Shown in pieces: positions 1-13,197 of a stretch of DNA of 64,000 nucleotides (within the stretch, counting starts at the first letter, position 1; every line of letters begins with the position of its first letter). Below the pieces are notes generated by a model. That model saw nothing but the letters and a program-made list of their open reading frames with translations, had not been told where the DNA came from and did no database searches. The DNA comes from Vicugna vicugna (lineage: Eukaryota). The DNA is taken from contig MU057521.1 of the NCBI GenBank assembly GCA_013265495.1, positions 1,252,335 through 1,316,334 on the forward strand. Direction: 5' to 3'. Position numbers and translations under genes: made by a program.

Positions 1-819
1 TTTTACCCAATGCTTTTTACCTTTTCTCTATTCCACAGTCAATAGAAGGTTTTGGTACTGCATAGGTTCCTGGGCTAAAGAGGGGAATGGTTATTGCTCT
101 TAGGCCTTTTTCCTGTGTCTGTTTCCATTCCTAATATTGTATCATTAATATTCGCTCAATTCATTTAATTTTTATTGGGTTGCAGTGACTATAGTTAGAT
201 GACAAAAGCATGGTCCCTTGCCTTTCATGATCATGTTTTCTAGTAGAGGAGACAAAATGTAATTTTCAAAAATTTTGTATATTATACTGTGAAAAAAATA
301 ATGTTGAGAAAGGAATATTTACTGAGTTCTCTTTAGGCACAGTTCTAAATGCTTTGCATCTACTAATTTAGTTCATCCTCACATCCTCACAGGTATTTTA
401 TGTTGCATTCTGAGCCACAAAGTCATGCTTCCTCTTCCTATTAAACAGACATGAATATTATAGCAAGTGTTGGGATATAACAGGAAAGCATGACCAATTT
501 GTTATAGACTTAAACATCGTTATGATTACTGAGAAATATTTGATTTTTTCCCAAAGCAAATCTTTCCACTCATGTCCCACAACTTATTGAGTATCTACTT
601 AAGTATATGTATTTTTAGGTATTATGGAGGTCAGAGAATTGAAATATATATGGCCCAATCCTCAAAGTGCATTTATTCTAATATAGATAAGATACAGTCA
701 TAAAAATCAATGTTATGGTACTCAACAGGAACGGCATTTGTAATAATTCTTAGTGTTGAGGAGTGCTTCCGTATATCTCCTTTGATACTCCAGAGCCACC
801 CTCTGGAGAATGACTGTTC

Positions 820-1600
820 AATTTATTTAACGAATTTGTTTAGCTCTTAACTCTGTGCCATCAGTGTTAGCAAAGAATATAATAGTAAGCAAAGCATATG
901 GTAATCCCTTTAGTGATAGTCCTTACAGTATGAAGAAGATCTGCAATCCGACAATTGTAATAAAGTATGAAAAATAGTAATATAAAAGAAGTTCACCTTG
1001 CTTTGGGAACACACAATCAGGGCACCTAACCTAGTCATCAGAATAGGAGAGGTTTCAGGGAAGAAGTGTTATCTAACCTCAGACCTGATGACCGAGTAGG
1101 CGGTTAACCAGGCAAAGAGATCAGAGGAAGAGTGTTCCCACTAAGGGAATACAGCAAGTACAAGGAGAACATGGTACATTTGGTGAGCTAAGAATAATTT
1201 AGTAAGGTTTAAGCAAAGAATGCAAGTGAGAAGAATGACAGGTGCAGTTGGAGAATTAAGCAAAGACTAAGTCATATAAGTTGTATTAACTCATTTTAGA
1301 GAGTTGGAACATGATGGTATCTAAGTTTTAGGGAAGAGTCCTCTTGGGTAGAGGTAACTGGAGGGTAGCAAGACTGGAAGAAAGGACACTAATAGGGTAT
1401 CTATTAGAAGAATCCGAGTAAGAAATGATTGAATTTCCTTTACGGAAAAGAAGTGGATAGATTTGTAAGATAATTAGAAGGTAAAAGATTGATTGGATTT
1501 GGGGGTTAGAAGAAAGAAAGACAAAGGCTGATCTGCACTTTCTGGCTTGAGCAGTTGGATGCATTGTGGCCCCTTCCACTGAAAGAATATGAGAAGAGGA
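820..1600 (-). mobile_element. Old LINE2 fragment
   Basis: Starts with a degenerate reverse complement of the L2 3' end (tttatttaacgaatttgtttagctcttaactctgtgcca), followed by purine-rich L2-like body; boundaries approximate. Confidence 0.55.
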
Positions 1601-2415
1601 ATATAAATGAGCAAACAGGCTCAAGCTTTGGCACATTAACTCCATAATCATAGAAGTTACTGAGGCCACTTCGTGGTGTACACTAAACAGCCTCTATTAT
1701 GTAATTTTTGGTGTTAGCCCTTTTCTTTGTAGATGGAGTACATAAAGTACAACTCTTAGTTATAATATTATGACTACTATTACATAGGAACTGGTGGTGT
1801 TTTAGAAATATAACTGTTTTAACCTTTATTAAACATAAATAGGCTAATATTTTCAATTACAAAAAAATACTTTCTTTACAATATACCAAGAATGTTGAAT
1901 GAGCCTCTTCTTTATTTATCTTTAATTTTCAATTTTTTTATGTGGGTTTCTAACATTAAGGGTTATCATTTTCATTATTTAGATCTGCAGAACTTTAACT
2001 CTTCTCTGCAACATACTAGGTCAACCTTTGTATCCACTCTTTACCTTTCTGGGGCCATAGAGAATTGGGGAGAAAAAAGTCCTCATTTCTGGTCTTGCAA
2101 ACACTGTAGTCGTTGACCTGCCATTCCACTTCAGGTTGAATCCAATCATTTACAAGTCATTCATTCACATAACATCAAGCTGTTTTAAGATGAACAACTA
2201 TTGCTGATTTCTTTTCCCCTGAATAATTCTTCAGTGAATTGACCTTCCCAGTCATTTGTGGCTGAGAAATTCAGTTAACACTTGTAGGGTAGAATTCATG
2301 CAAGAGTAGGAATTGCGTATAGCATGCAACTTACTTTCTCCTTAAATGCCAGTGGTAACTATTTGGTTAATGATTAATAGAAAATGAACTATTTCCGTTG
2401 AATATTTTCTTCTAG

Positions 2416-2491
2416 GAAGTTGTCTCCTGCTTTCCATCAAGCACTACTCTCTTTTTGTCGAATGTCAGCAGACAGTCGTTTAGGATCAGAG
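2416..2491 (+). CDS. RELCH: RELCH coding exon, 76 nt: (R)KLSPAFHQALLSFCRMSADSRLGSE
   Basis: ttcttctag|GAAG...GAG|gtaaat; ends in phase 0, matching the next exon. Confidence 0.93.
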
Positions 2492-3506
2492 GTAAATTAT
2501 ACCAGATTCTTGCAAATTCTTAAAACATTCAGTTTTTCATTTTGGCATCTTATCCAAAAAATAATTGTGATAAGACTCTATTTCAAGTACAAATCTATTA
2601 TTTAAAATAATGCTCTAAGAAGTAGTTCCTAAAATTTTAAGCTTTTAAAGAAGGTTGTTGATTATTTTTGTCTTTGGATTAAAGCTTTGTTTAGTATTAA
2701 AGTGACCTTTTACAGGCTAGTTTTAATTTGTTATGTCTACTGACATGGTTATATGCCTTTCTGTGGTATAAGTTAGAAAACCAATTCAAGTGTACACGTT
2801 TATATTTCAGTTTTTAGTTTACTTCATTTTTTTCTTTCATTAGGATTGGTTGTCTTTGATTGCAGAGTTTATTAGCGCTCAGATTTGTTTTCCTCAAGTG
2901 CTTTGTAATTGTTTTTGCAGGCTCATCTTGAGAGGGTATTTTATTTTATTTTTTTCTCCTATTTTATGTTCACTCCTCCCTTTCTAGCTGTTTTGTAGTT
3001 CATTCCACTTGACCTCTCCTGGGCTTCTGTCCCACAATGTCATTAAGAACATGAAAGAGCTAGAGAATGGTTTGGTTGCAATCTGGTAATTCTCATTGTA
3101 AGACTGGGTCAGCCTCCTTGGGCCTCCCCTTACATCCAGCTTCATTATACAAACTACTCTTTCACCTGAGACAAAGATTGTATCTTTGTGGGCCCCTTTT
3201 CAAGAACAAAATTAAAAACCCTTGAAGCTGCCCCACTCCTGCATTATCCGTATTTGTTCCCAGAACTGAAGCCTAGTAAGCCTCCCTGGCTTCACCTTGC
3301 TTGTCACTGGTGTTTTAAATGCATTTCTGGTCTACAAAAATGTTTATCTTGCTTGGGATCACAGTTGTTGTTATCATCATCATCACAAATTATAATTTGT
3401 GGTGTGTGTTTGGAGCAGAGGTGACAGAATCTAAAGCATGAATTTTAAGTACATCACGCACAGAAATTCTCTAGTATCGTCATGTGTTAATTCTTTGGTT
3501 TTCTAG

Positions 3507-3602
3507 GTGTCTCGGATTGCAGACAGTGAGAAGAGTGTCATGTTAATGCTGGGGCGCTGCCTGCCCCACATCGTTCCTAATGTGCTGCTGGCAAAGAGAG
3601 AG
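3507..3602 (+). CDS. RELCH: RELCH coding exon, 96 nt: VSRIADSEKSVMLMLGRCLPHIVPNVLLAKRE
   Basis: ttttctag|GTG...GAG|gtgaga; 32 open codons. Confidence 0.95.
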
Positions 3603-3751
3603 GTGAGACACATAAAAGTGTTTTCATCCCAGTAATCTCATCGTGTTGTCCATTTTTTGTCATTTTGAAGTTTAGTGTTATATTTTTATTTTGTTAAAGT
3701 CGATTACTTGCAATCATATTCTTACTTTTGTGCATGCATCTCTGCTCCTAG

Positions 3752-3775
3752 AGAATGGTTTTACACCTCTGTCAG
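3752..3775 (+). CDS. RELCH: Putative alternative 24-nt microexon, RMVLHLCQ
   Basis: tctctgctcctag|AGAATGGTTTTACACCTCTGTCAG|gtgagt; strong donor, phase 0/0 inside a phase-0 intron, no stop codon. Confidence 0.72.
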
Positions 3776-5739
3776 GTGAGTTCAGTAAAACTGCATGGTA
3801 TTCATGTTTTTCCAATTTTGCTGAAAGCATCATTAGCTTCTGCAACACTAACTATTACTGTAGGTCCATTTATGTTCCATGAACACTGTCTGTTTTTTAC
3901 ATTGCCAGTTAACTAATTAATTTTATCTCTGCTCTTGATATGATTTGTGATATATCTATAGAAACACTATTTGTATTGAAAATTAATAGGGACTAGTAAT
4001 GTAACTCTTTTCTTAAATGTACTTGTGGTTACCTATTCATTTTAGTTGTATTGTATTTGGCAGTAATTACACTTGTCTTATGATGATAGGATAGTTATAT
4101 TGACTACAATAACTTTTTAAAGTACCTTTTTTGTTTTTCTTGTAGCTAACCTGTTACCAACAAATGCTTTACATATCCAACATAGAGCAGCAAATATATT
4201 TTAGTACACATTGCCTGTGTTATAAACCATAAATACTGTAGAAAGTTATCTTTAGAGTTATATTTAGCCAATAGATTAATGAAAAGTTATCTGTAATTTC
4301 ATTTAAATGACAGTGAGTGGATTTATTTACAAACAAGTTTAATTATTTATTTGGATTATTCAACTTATGACATCAATTTTCCTTTCACAAATTTTTTTCA
4401 GTGGGTTAAGAATATTTTAGAATGTGTCATAAAAGTTTCTTCTGTCATCTTCTTGATATTTACCACTGGTTTTAATCATAAATCATGGGACCTACAGTAT
4501 GATAGATACACAGTGCACTGGCAAACCCGTATAAAGCTTATCCTTAATTATCTGTCTAGCCCAAGAAATTTGTACTGATCCTCAAGAAAGCTTACACGTA
4601 GAGCTTTAAAATTTTTATCCCTATAGGTATTTTTAATTTAAAAAAAGATAAACATGACTGTTTTCTTACTGATGGTTTTATTTTACCTAATATTTTAAAA
4701 CAGTTGTGAGATATTAATAAGTATGGAAATTTTTCTGTCTTGAAGGATCAGTGTCCAATTTCAGATTGTTTTGCAGTTCTGCCTGGCAGAATGGTGTTTG
4801 AGCTTCTTTTCCTTTTTTAGCTTGTAACAATCCGTGCAATGCATTAATGTTTGCATCCCTTTTACTATGTTTCCTTAATATAATCTTTAAAATATCATAG
4901 AAACCTAATTGTTATGAGATGCAGTCTAAGTTTTTTTATTTTAATGTTCCCCTTTTTTAATCATAAAAGACCCTACCACTAAAATCTGATTGTACTGCAT
5001 GAAGTATTTATACATTTGCATCATCAGTAATCAGATATAGTGTATATATGTATATATAAATATATAAACATATTTATATATACATATACATATGTATTTT
5101 ATTTGTGGTATGATGTTTACTTTCCTGGCTGGTTTTAAGTTTTTTATATTTAAAAATATTTATATACTTATAATTTCATGAAGAGTTGATTATTTATCTT
5201 TGTTTAATTATTTGTGCCTTATTCTGTTTTACCAGAAAATTTACCATTTATAATATGCCGGAGTTATATTCCCTCGAAATTAAATTAGTAAATAATGAAG
5301 TATATGTTTTGCTTTTGTATGAAACCAATCCCAGGGCATAAAAGGACAAAATTTTTATTTCATTTCATCTTTTGATATTGGATTACTTTTATTTGATGTT
5401 TTACCCTAGTTCCTTAAATCTATATTTTTTAAAAGGTCTTGTGATTGAAGGCTTTTGTTTTTTATTTCTCAAGTTTTATATATTTTCTTATCAGTATAAG
5501 CCTTTTTATTGATAATGTAAATACAATTAAAGTGTCCCTTAGTAGACTGATTAGCAGTATCCTAGATAATTAAATAAATAAAACATTTAAAATAAGATTT
5601 AAGAGTTTGATTAAATAAAGCATTTGCATGGTTTAACATCTTTTAAATATAAAATGATGTACAGCAAAAACTCATCTTCCCCTTTCCCTGGGCCACCATC
5701 CCACTGCAATAAATTTTATTAGCTTTTCAGTGTATTCTT

Positions 5740-8500
5740 TCAAGTCCTTTGCCCATTTTTTAAATTGAATTATTTGTCTTTGTATTTGAATTGTAAGAGT
5801 TCTTACAATTCTGGATATTAAACCTTATATTTCATTTGCAGATATTTTTTCCTGTCTCGTAGATTGTCTTTACATTGTTGATAATGTCTTTAGCTGGACA
5901 AATGTTTTTCATTTTTATGAAAGCTGATTTATCTGTTTTTTTTTTTTTTTCCTTTCGTTGCTTGTGTTTTTGGTATCAAATCTTAAGAGTCCATTGCCAA
6001 AATGGAGGTCAGGAAGATTTACCCCTATGTTTTCTTCTAGTAGTTTTGCAGCTTTAGCTTTTATATTTAGGCCATTGATCCATTTTGAGGTTTGTTTTTT
6101 TTTAATATATGGAGTAAAGCAGGGAGCCAAAACTTTATTCTTTTCATGTAGTTATGCAAATTTCCCAGCATCATTTGTGGCAGAGAAAGTTGTTTCCCTA
6201 GTGAATGGTCATGGCACCTTTGTCAGAAATCAGTTCAGTGTAGATGTTTGGATTGATTTCTATACTCTCAATTCTGTACCATTGATCTCTGTGTTTATCT
6301 TTATGCCTCAACTACACTATTTTGATTACTATAACTTTATTGTAAATTTTGAAATTGGGAAATATGAGTCCTCCAGCTTTGTTTTGGTTTCTGGGGTTTT
6401 GTTCTTTTTTTAATATTTACCATTCAGGGCCTCTTTGAGTTCCATATGTTTTTAATGCTCAGCTTTGATTTCTGCCATAAAAGTCATTTGAATTTTGATA
6501 GGGATTGCATTGACTCTGTAGATCACTTTGGGGAATATTGCTGTTCTGAACATGAGGTTTTTTTTCCATTTAATGACGTTATTCTCTCAGCAGTGTTTGT
6601 AGGTTTCAGTGTACAAGTCTTTCACTTCCTTATTCAAATTTATTTCTAGGTATTTTGTTCTTTTGGATGCTATCATAAGTAAAACTGTTTCCTTAGTTTC
6701 CTTTTCAGGTTGTTCGTTGCTGGTATATAGAAACAAAACTGATATTTGTGTGTTGATCTTGTATCTTGAAACTCTGATAAATTTTTTTATTAGCTGTAAT
6801 AGGTGTTTGTGGGTTCTTTGAGATTTATATAAAATCATGTTATCTGCAAATAGAGATATTTTGCTGCTTTCTTTCCAATTTGGATAGTTTTTATTTCTTC
6901 CAGTTACTTAATTGCTTTGTCTAGGACTTCCAGTACAATTTTGAATAACATTGTTTTGAGAAAACAGATACCCTTATCCTGTTCCTGATCTTATGAGGAA
7001 AGTTTGCAGTGTTTCACCATTGAGTATAATACTAGCTGGGTTTTTCATAAATGCCCTTTATCATATTAAGGAAGTTTTCTTCTGATCCTAGTTTACTGAG
7101 TATTTTTATCGTGAAAGAATATTGAACTTCATCAAATGCTTTTTCTATATTAATTGAAATAATCTTTTTTTCCCCTTCATTCTGCTGATGTGGTGTAATA
7201 TATTGATTGATTTTTCATATATTGAACCACCCTCACATTCCTGGGATAAATCCCACTTGGTCATGGTATATAATCCTTTTAAAGCATTGTTGAATTTGGC
7301 ATTAGTATCTAATTGTGCATTTTTGCTTCTAAATTCATAAGGAATATTGGCCTGTAGTTTTCTGTTGTTGTGCTGTCTTTGTCCAGTTATGATATCAGGC
7401 TAATGCTAGTCTCATAGAATGTGTTAGGAATTGTTTCTCCTTGTCTGTTTTTTTTTTTTTTTTGAAGAGTTTGAGTAGGATCAATATTAATAAATCTTTA
7501 AATGTGATTTAGAATTCACCAGTGAAGCCATCTGATCCTGGAACTTTTCTTTTGGGGAAGTTTTTTATTACTAATTCAGTCTATTTGCTTGATCTGCTTT
7601 GAGATTTTCTATTTCTTCTTGAGTCAGTTTTGGTAATTTATGTGAGTCTAGGAGTTAGTTCATTTCTTGATTATCTAATTTGTTGGTGAACCATTGTTTT
7701 TGGTATTCACTTACAATCCTTTTAATTTTTGTAAGGTTGTTACTGATGTCCTCTCCTTTATTTCTGATTCTAGTTATTTGCATCTTCTCTCTTTTTCTTC
7801 TTAATCAGTCCAGCTAAAGGTTTGTCAATTGTGTTGATCTTTTCAAAGAACCAGCTTCTGACATTGTTGATTTTATTGTTTTTCTTGTCTGTATTTCATT
7901 TACCTCTGCTCTAAACTTTATTGTTTTCTCCTTCTGCTGGCCTTTAGCTTAGTTTGCTCTTTGTTGGAAGGTTGTTGACTTTGTATCTTGCTGCTTCTTT
8001 TTTTTTTTCTTGCTGCTTTTTTAATGTAGGCATTTACAGCTATAAATTTCCCTCTGTGTACTGCTTATGCTGCATCTCACAACTTTTGGTATGTTGTGTT
8101 TATTTATATCAAAGTATTTTCTAATTCCGTTATTGATCTTTTTGACCCACTGATTGTTTAAAATGTGTTGTTTTAACATCCACATATTAGTGAATTTTCC
8201 TTCCTATTATTGATTTTTAATTTCCATTGTGATTTGGAGAGTATGCTTTGTATGATTTCAGTCTTTTTGAAATTTATTGAGAATTGTCTGTTGCCTGACA
8301 TATGGTCTGCCCTTGAGAATGTTCCGTGTGCCTTGAGAATTATATATATTCTGACATTGTTAGCTCAAGTGATCTGTATGTCTACTGGACCTAATTGTTT
8401 TGCATTGTTCAAGTCCTCTGTTTCCTTACTGATCTGTCTAGATGTTCTGTCCATTATCAAAACTGGGATATTGAAGTCTCCAGCTATTGTTGTAGACTGT
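5740..8500 (-). mobile_element. LINE1 ORF2 remnant (old L1M-type), antisense to gene
   Basis: Minus-strand ORFs 6587..6838 (RYKINTQISVLFLYTSNEQ...KYLEINLNKEVKDLYTETYK) and 5915..6130 (SKWINGLNIK..KLLEENIG) are L1 ORF2p-like; many stops and frameshifts. Confidence 0.9.
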
Positions 8501-11500
8501 ACTGTATTCTTTCAGAGATACTTTCTGCATGTATAAGCAAACTCAAATATATGATCTTTCCATGACTTACACAAATGATGCCAGACTCTATGCACTGTTC
8601 TCCATTTTGCTTTTTTTCCATGTAACATATTTTTGTTTCTTTCTATTTTGGTAGATAAAGAACTTCTTCATTCTTAAGGCTGCATAATATCTGGTCTCCT
8701 GTAGTTTTTAAACATGTTTTAAATTAGGTATTTCAAACTCTATTGACTACACTGTCAGTAAGAAAGACATTTTACATCATGTGCCAGGATATAATTACAC
8801 ATGTAGTTAAAATAAATGTGTTACAAACCAAGTCTTACCTTTATTAATTACCAAAAGTTAAAATGGAATACAATATCAAACAGAATTTTATAAACATTTT
8901 AAAACTAAAGAATACACCTAAATAAACAATTTTAAAAAGAAAAAAAGGTTTTTGTGACCCATTTAATTGATATTATGACCCACTATTTTAAAGGGAGTGA
9001 CATAAGGTTAATTAAAACTGTCTAATAGATTAAATTTTATTTTGTATAAAAATGGAAAGCACAGTCACTATAGATATTAGTATTATTTGTTTCTGGTTTT
9101 TAGAAGAAAAATAACATCCTCACTTAACTTTCAGGTCACAATTACTGAATTTTCCAAATTCAACATACCATATTTTCAAATCAAAAATACCATTGATTGT
9201 AACAATTACATACCTTTGAGAAAGAAGGATTTCCATTAATTTATGACATGCTCTCCATTATAAAGTGCATCTCAATTTCAGAGATGATGAAAAGTGAAAA
9301 AAATTTTCCTATGTTCTGTGAAGTAATGATATTCTCTTTTTACCAACTTGTATTTAAAAAGACATGTATTTATTTTGGGAGAAAAAAAGATGAAATAATT
9401 TTCTGTATATGGCTTATGGAGTAGTTCATACTAATGGGTTGGTTGAGGAACTTGAATTTTTCAAACCAAATTAAAGAATAAATATATTTGTCATTTGATA
9501 TATGTGTATAGTAAATAAGCTAAGGAAGTGGATTTTTCACAATTTCTGCTTTAAATACATTTGAAGGGGAAATTCTATAATTTAAAAGTAAGATTTTTTA
9601 AAGGATTACTTCTAAAAGCATTTTTAAATAGTACACCTAAATTTAACATTCATTTTCATTCTATGCCAAGGAAATACATGGCATCAGCTAGCTAAGTTGG
9701 AAAAGCAAAGTAGAAGCCTGGGCCTGGAATGAGGATGGGGCAAGGTGAAATGGAAAGCGAGGCCACGCTTTCTTTGTAGGATGCTCCAAGATAAGATAGG
9801 TGATGGTTGCACAACACTAAATACACTTAAAAAAACAAACAAACACTGAATGTACACTTGAAATGGATGAATTTTATGATACATAAAATATATCTCATTT
9901 AAGCTGTAACAAGAAAAAAGGCCAAGAAGAGCACCAATTCCCTAAAAGATTTAAAAATAGCTAGTACCTTTAAAGACTTGCTCATCTTCGGAGAAACTAA
10001 ACTTGCTTTTTTACATTGCCATTCGTGGTTGTTCTATGGTAAATTTTTTAACTTAATGTGTAGTAATAGCCCCAGATAATTATAACTGTATGAGAGTAAT
10101 ATAGTAGTATAAGTATAGAAAAGTAGATAACATAGTAAAGTAGATAACCTTGGTCCACCTTCTTTACCATTTAGTGTGTGTATGTGTGTGTGTGTCTGTC
10201 TTGTAATTTTTAGAGTAAATTATATGCTCTTTAGCAGTATCAGAATTGAAAGTATTTTAGTTAGGCTTCCTAAAGAATGAGCCTCAGGAATTATAGGTAT
10301 TAATAATTCTAAGAATAGATATTTTAGCAGCCCTTGAAGTATAAAACTTTTCCAGAGGTGAGTAACCTTGTCTTTTTCTTATGTGAGTCTTTGTAATGTT
10401 TTTTCTTTTTTTCTTTTTTTTATGTATTACTATTAACATCCTCACAAATTTTAACTGAAAATTTAAGTCAGAGGTGTTCACCTGTCAGTAATTGTATTTA
10501 AATTGTAATTCATTATTGCTTAATTCCTAGGCAAAAAACTAGATGAAAAAAATTTTAATAACAACTATGAAAAATTTTTAATGAAGCTTGAATTATAGGA
10601 GATAATTTTAGTGGAACAGTAAGGGCAAGCAATGAACTACAATTTATTGGGCTAATGATGCCTTTAGAGAACTGTAGAATTTTGCTTCTTGACCTGAAGT
10701 ACTCAAGCATTTGCTCCTTGGCGTTTGATCTAAATACGTTTCCTTTTGTGTTTTAGATTACTTTCAGATCTTTGAGCCATTATCTTATCAACATTTCCAT
10801 GCTTTTTTTAATTTTAAAATTTGCCTAATCTCATTTCCTACTTCATTTCTTTTCCTGTTAACATCTAATCATTCATATTGTTTTAGTTCCTTTTTAGGTG
10901 CTCTTTTTTTTCCTTCTGGTTTTGTAGTCTGAACACTAATTTTTAAAGACTAAGAAAGTTAGGTAAAAATATTCATAAAATCAAATGTCATCAACTCTAA
11001 AGACACTTACTCTCTTGAATGTGGTTTCTTTATTGTCATTAGAAGTTATTTTGTTTTACTTCTAAAACTGAAAGGAAAATACTGGAAGTCTTTCCTGTTT
11101 AATTCTGTACAAAATTCCTTGGGCAGGATGGGAGATCCTTCTATGGAAAAAGAACTAGCTTTGTTATTAAAAGTGCAAAAATCAAAATAGTTAAAACCAC
11201 AAGTCATTTCCTTGAGTAAAGTCAAATTACTAAGCCTTTTAGATTAATTAATTCTATAGGCCTTAGAAATATCTTTTTTTAACATGGTAGTAAAGTACTG
11301 GAGTACCTTCTGTAATAGTATTACTACACTGATTTCCTCTGTAATGATCAGTAGGAGATCAATTTTGTATTTCACTTCAACGCACATTTATTGAGTACTA
11401 AGAGGTACTAAAGCATATTTGAAAATATGTAAAATTTCTGTTCCCTTGAAATATGGGCACAGTAACATTTTTATTGGGGGGAGGGTTCCTTTTGGATATA

Positions 11501-11832
11501 ATGTTACCAAAGCCATAGGTACTATGTTACCATGGTTATTATTTCATTCTTAACATGACATTTTAAATCTAACATGCTTAGGATTTTTTAATGTGAAAAA
11601 CTAAGCTTTAGATATGATATCTAATGTTGCTCTCTAATTCTCAATACATTTCTTTTATATTTAATCATTGAAAGATCTAACCCCTATCACCTTGTCTTCT
11701 GAAGAAAACTTTGCTACCACTTTTTAAATGTTTTATTCAGAATTATAAGGAAAGTTTTTTAAAACTAGACATCTTCAGTTGGAGAGATGATACCAAAGGA
11801 AGAATATTGATTCAAATCTATAAATTTATGAA

Positions 11833-12023
11833 TACACTTGACCCTTCCTTAAGCAACACATAAGTTATGAGTACTGACCCCCATGCAATCCAGAAATTGA
11901 GTATAAACTTCCATTCAAACAACCACAGATTGTATAGTACTGTAGTACATGTTTATTGGAAAAAAATCTACATATAAGTGAACCCGCACAGTCCAAGCCT
12001 GTGTTGTTCAAGGGTCAACTGTA
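11833..12023. mobile_element. Tigger2-derived MITE (MER8-like)
   Basis: Termini tacacttgaccctt ... aagggtcaactgta form inverted repeats with TA flanks. Confidence 0.65.
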
Positions 12024-13108
12024 GTGTGAAAATGGTAAATAAGATCTTAAAATAATTAATTCTGATGTGGATGAATTAGTACCTCAGAGGCTTAACAAAG
12101 GGTAAATTCACAGTAAATAATGTACAACACAGCAGATACATACTTACAGAAGTCATTAGTTCAAGAATGGTACAAATAGAGGTGAATAAATAAATGAATG
12201 ATAGAGGAATTAGGGTATTTGGAGCTAGTCATAACTTAGCAACTAAAATCCTTGATGACTCTATCAGGAACAGACTACACTTTCCCCTTTTTGTGCCATC
12301 ATTGACTGGGCCTCTTCTCAGCTCTGTTGCTATAAGAGGAGGAGACCATCTGGCATACTTTATACACTGAGTTACAACTGCCCTAGCCATTAATGTGCCA
12401 GGATGTGCCCAGTTCTCCTTAGCATAGCATATCAATCCAAAACTATTGGCAGTGACTTCCCATGTTTATTAATTTTGCTAGCCATGAATAAAAACAAATG
12501 GCAATATAAATTATTACTAACTGTGACTGAGAAACGTGAAAAGAATGTTTCTCCAAAGACCTAAATTCACAGAATTTTAGAGTTCAAGGAGACAAGGACT
12601 GAAAATGATTTTTCTCCCATATGTCATGTCAACTGAATTAGTTGGTAATAACTGCTGTGTTGAAAAGGCATTTCAAGGCCAACTTTGATCTCAAAAGGAA
12701 AAATTAACAATCTCATTAACAATAGATAAGAAAAATGCAGAATATCTGTGAAGTATTTTTTATTTCTGCACTAGTCTTAATGAATTCTTTTATGTTTCAC
12801 TTGAGGAAACTAAAATCAGGGAAGTTTGTGGTTTTCATTATGTTCTTTGGTACTAAGGAGTAAATCGAGACAGGAGTTCTTCTAGCTCCCAATTCGGTGT
12901 TCTTGTTTGGCACATCTGTAGCCATATTGCAGTTAAAAGATTCTTTATATTAATGTATGACATAAACTTCCTCTTTGATTAAGAATCACAAAGCCTCATG
13001 ATTTAAAAAAAGAAAAAGGGAAAGAAAATATAAGGCACAAAGAATAAACAGCAAGACAGTCATTTTGATATACTTGTATTTGAGGTAAAGAAGCTAGTAA
13101 ATATTGCA

Positions 13109-13197
13109 GGGGAGAGTATAGCTCAGTGATAGAGTGAATGCCTAGCAAGCATGAGATCCTGGGTTCAATCCCCAGTACCTGCATTTAAAAAAAAAGT
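13109..13197 (+). mobile_element. tRNA-derived SINE (camelid Vic-1-like)
   Basis: GGGGAGAGTATAGCTCAGTGATAGAG (A box) ... GGTTCAATCCC (B box), A-rich tail, imperfect flanking duplication agaagcta(gta)aatatt. Confidence 0.85.

Noticed and set aside
1328..1669. 113-aa minus-strand ORF
   Set aside because: Overlaps L2-like sequence; no splice or homology support.
5035..5100. (TA)-rich tract
   Set aside because: Ordinary degenerate simple repeat.
5875..8536. Cluster of ORFs up to 151 aa
   Set aside because: All lie within the decayed antisense L1; the + strand ORFs are its reverse frames.
13109..13180. tRNA-like sequence
   Set aside because: Has an A-rich tail, flanking duplication and dispersed diverged copies, so it is a SINE and not a tRNA gene.
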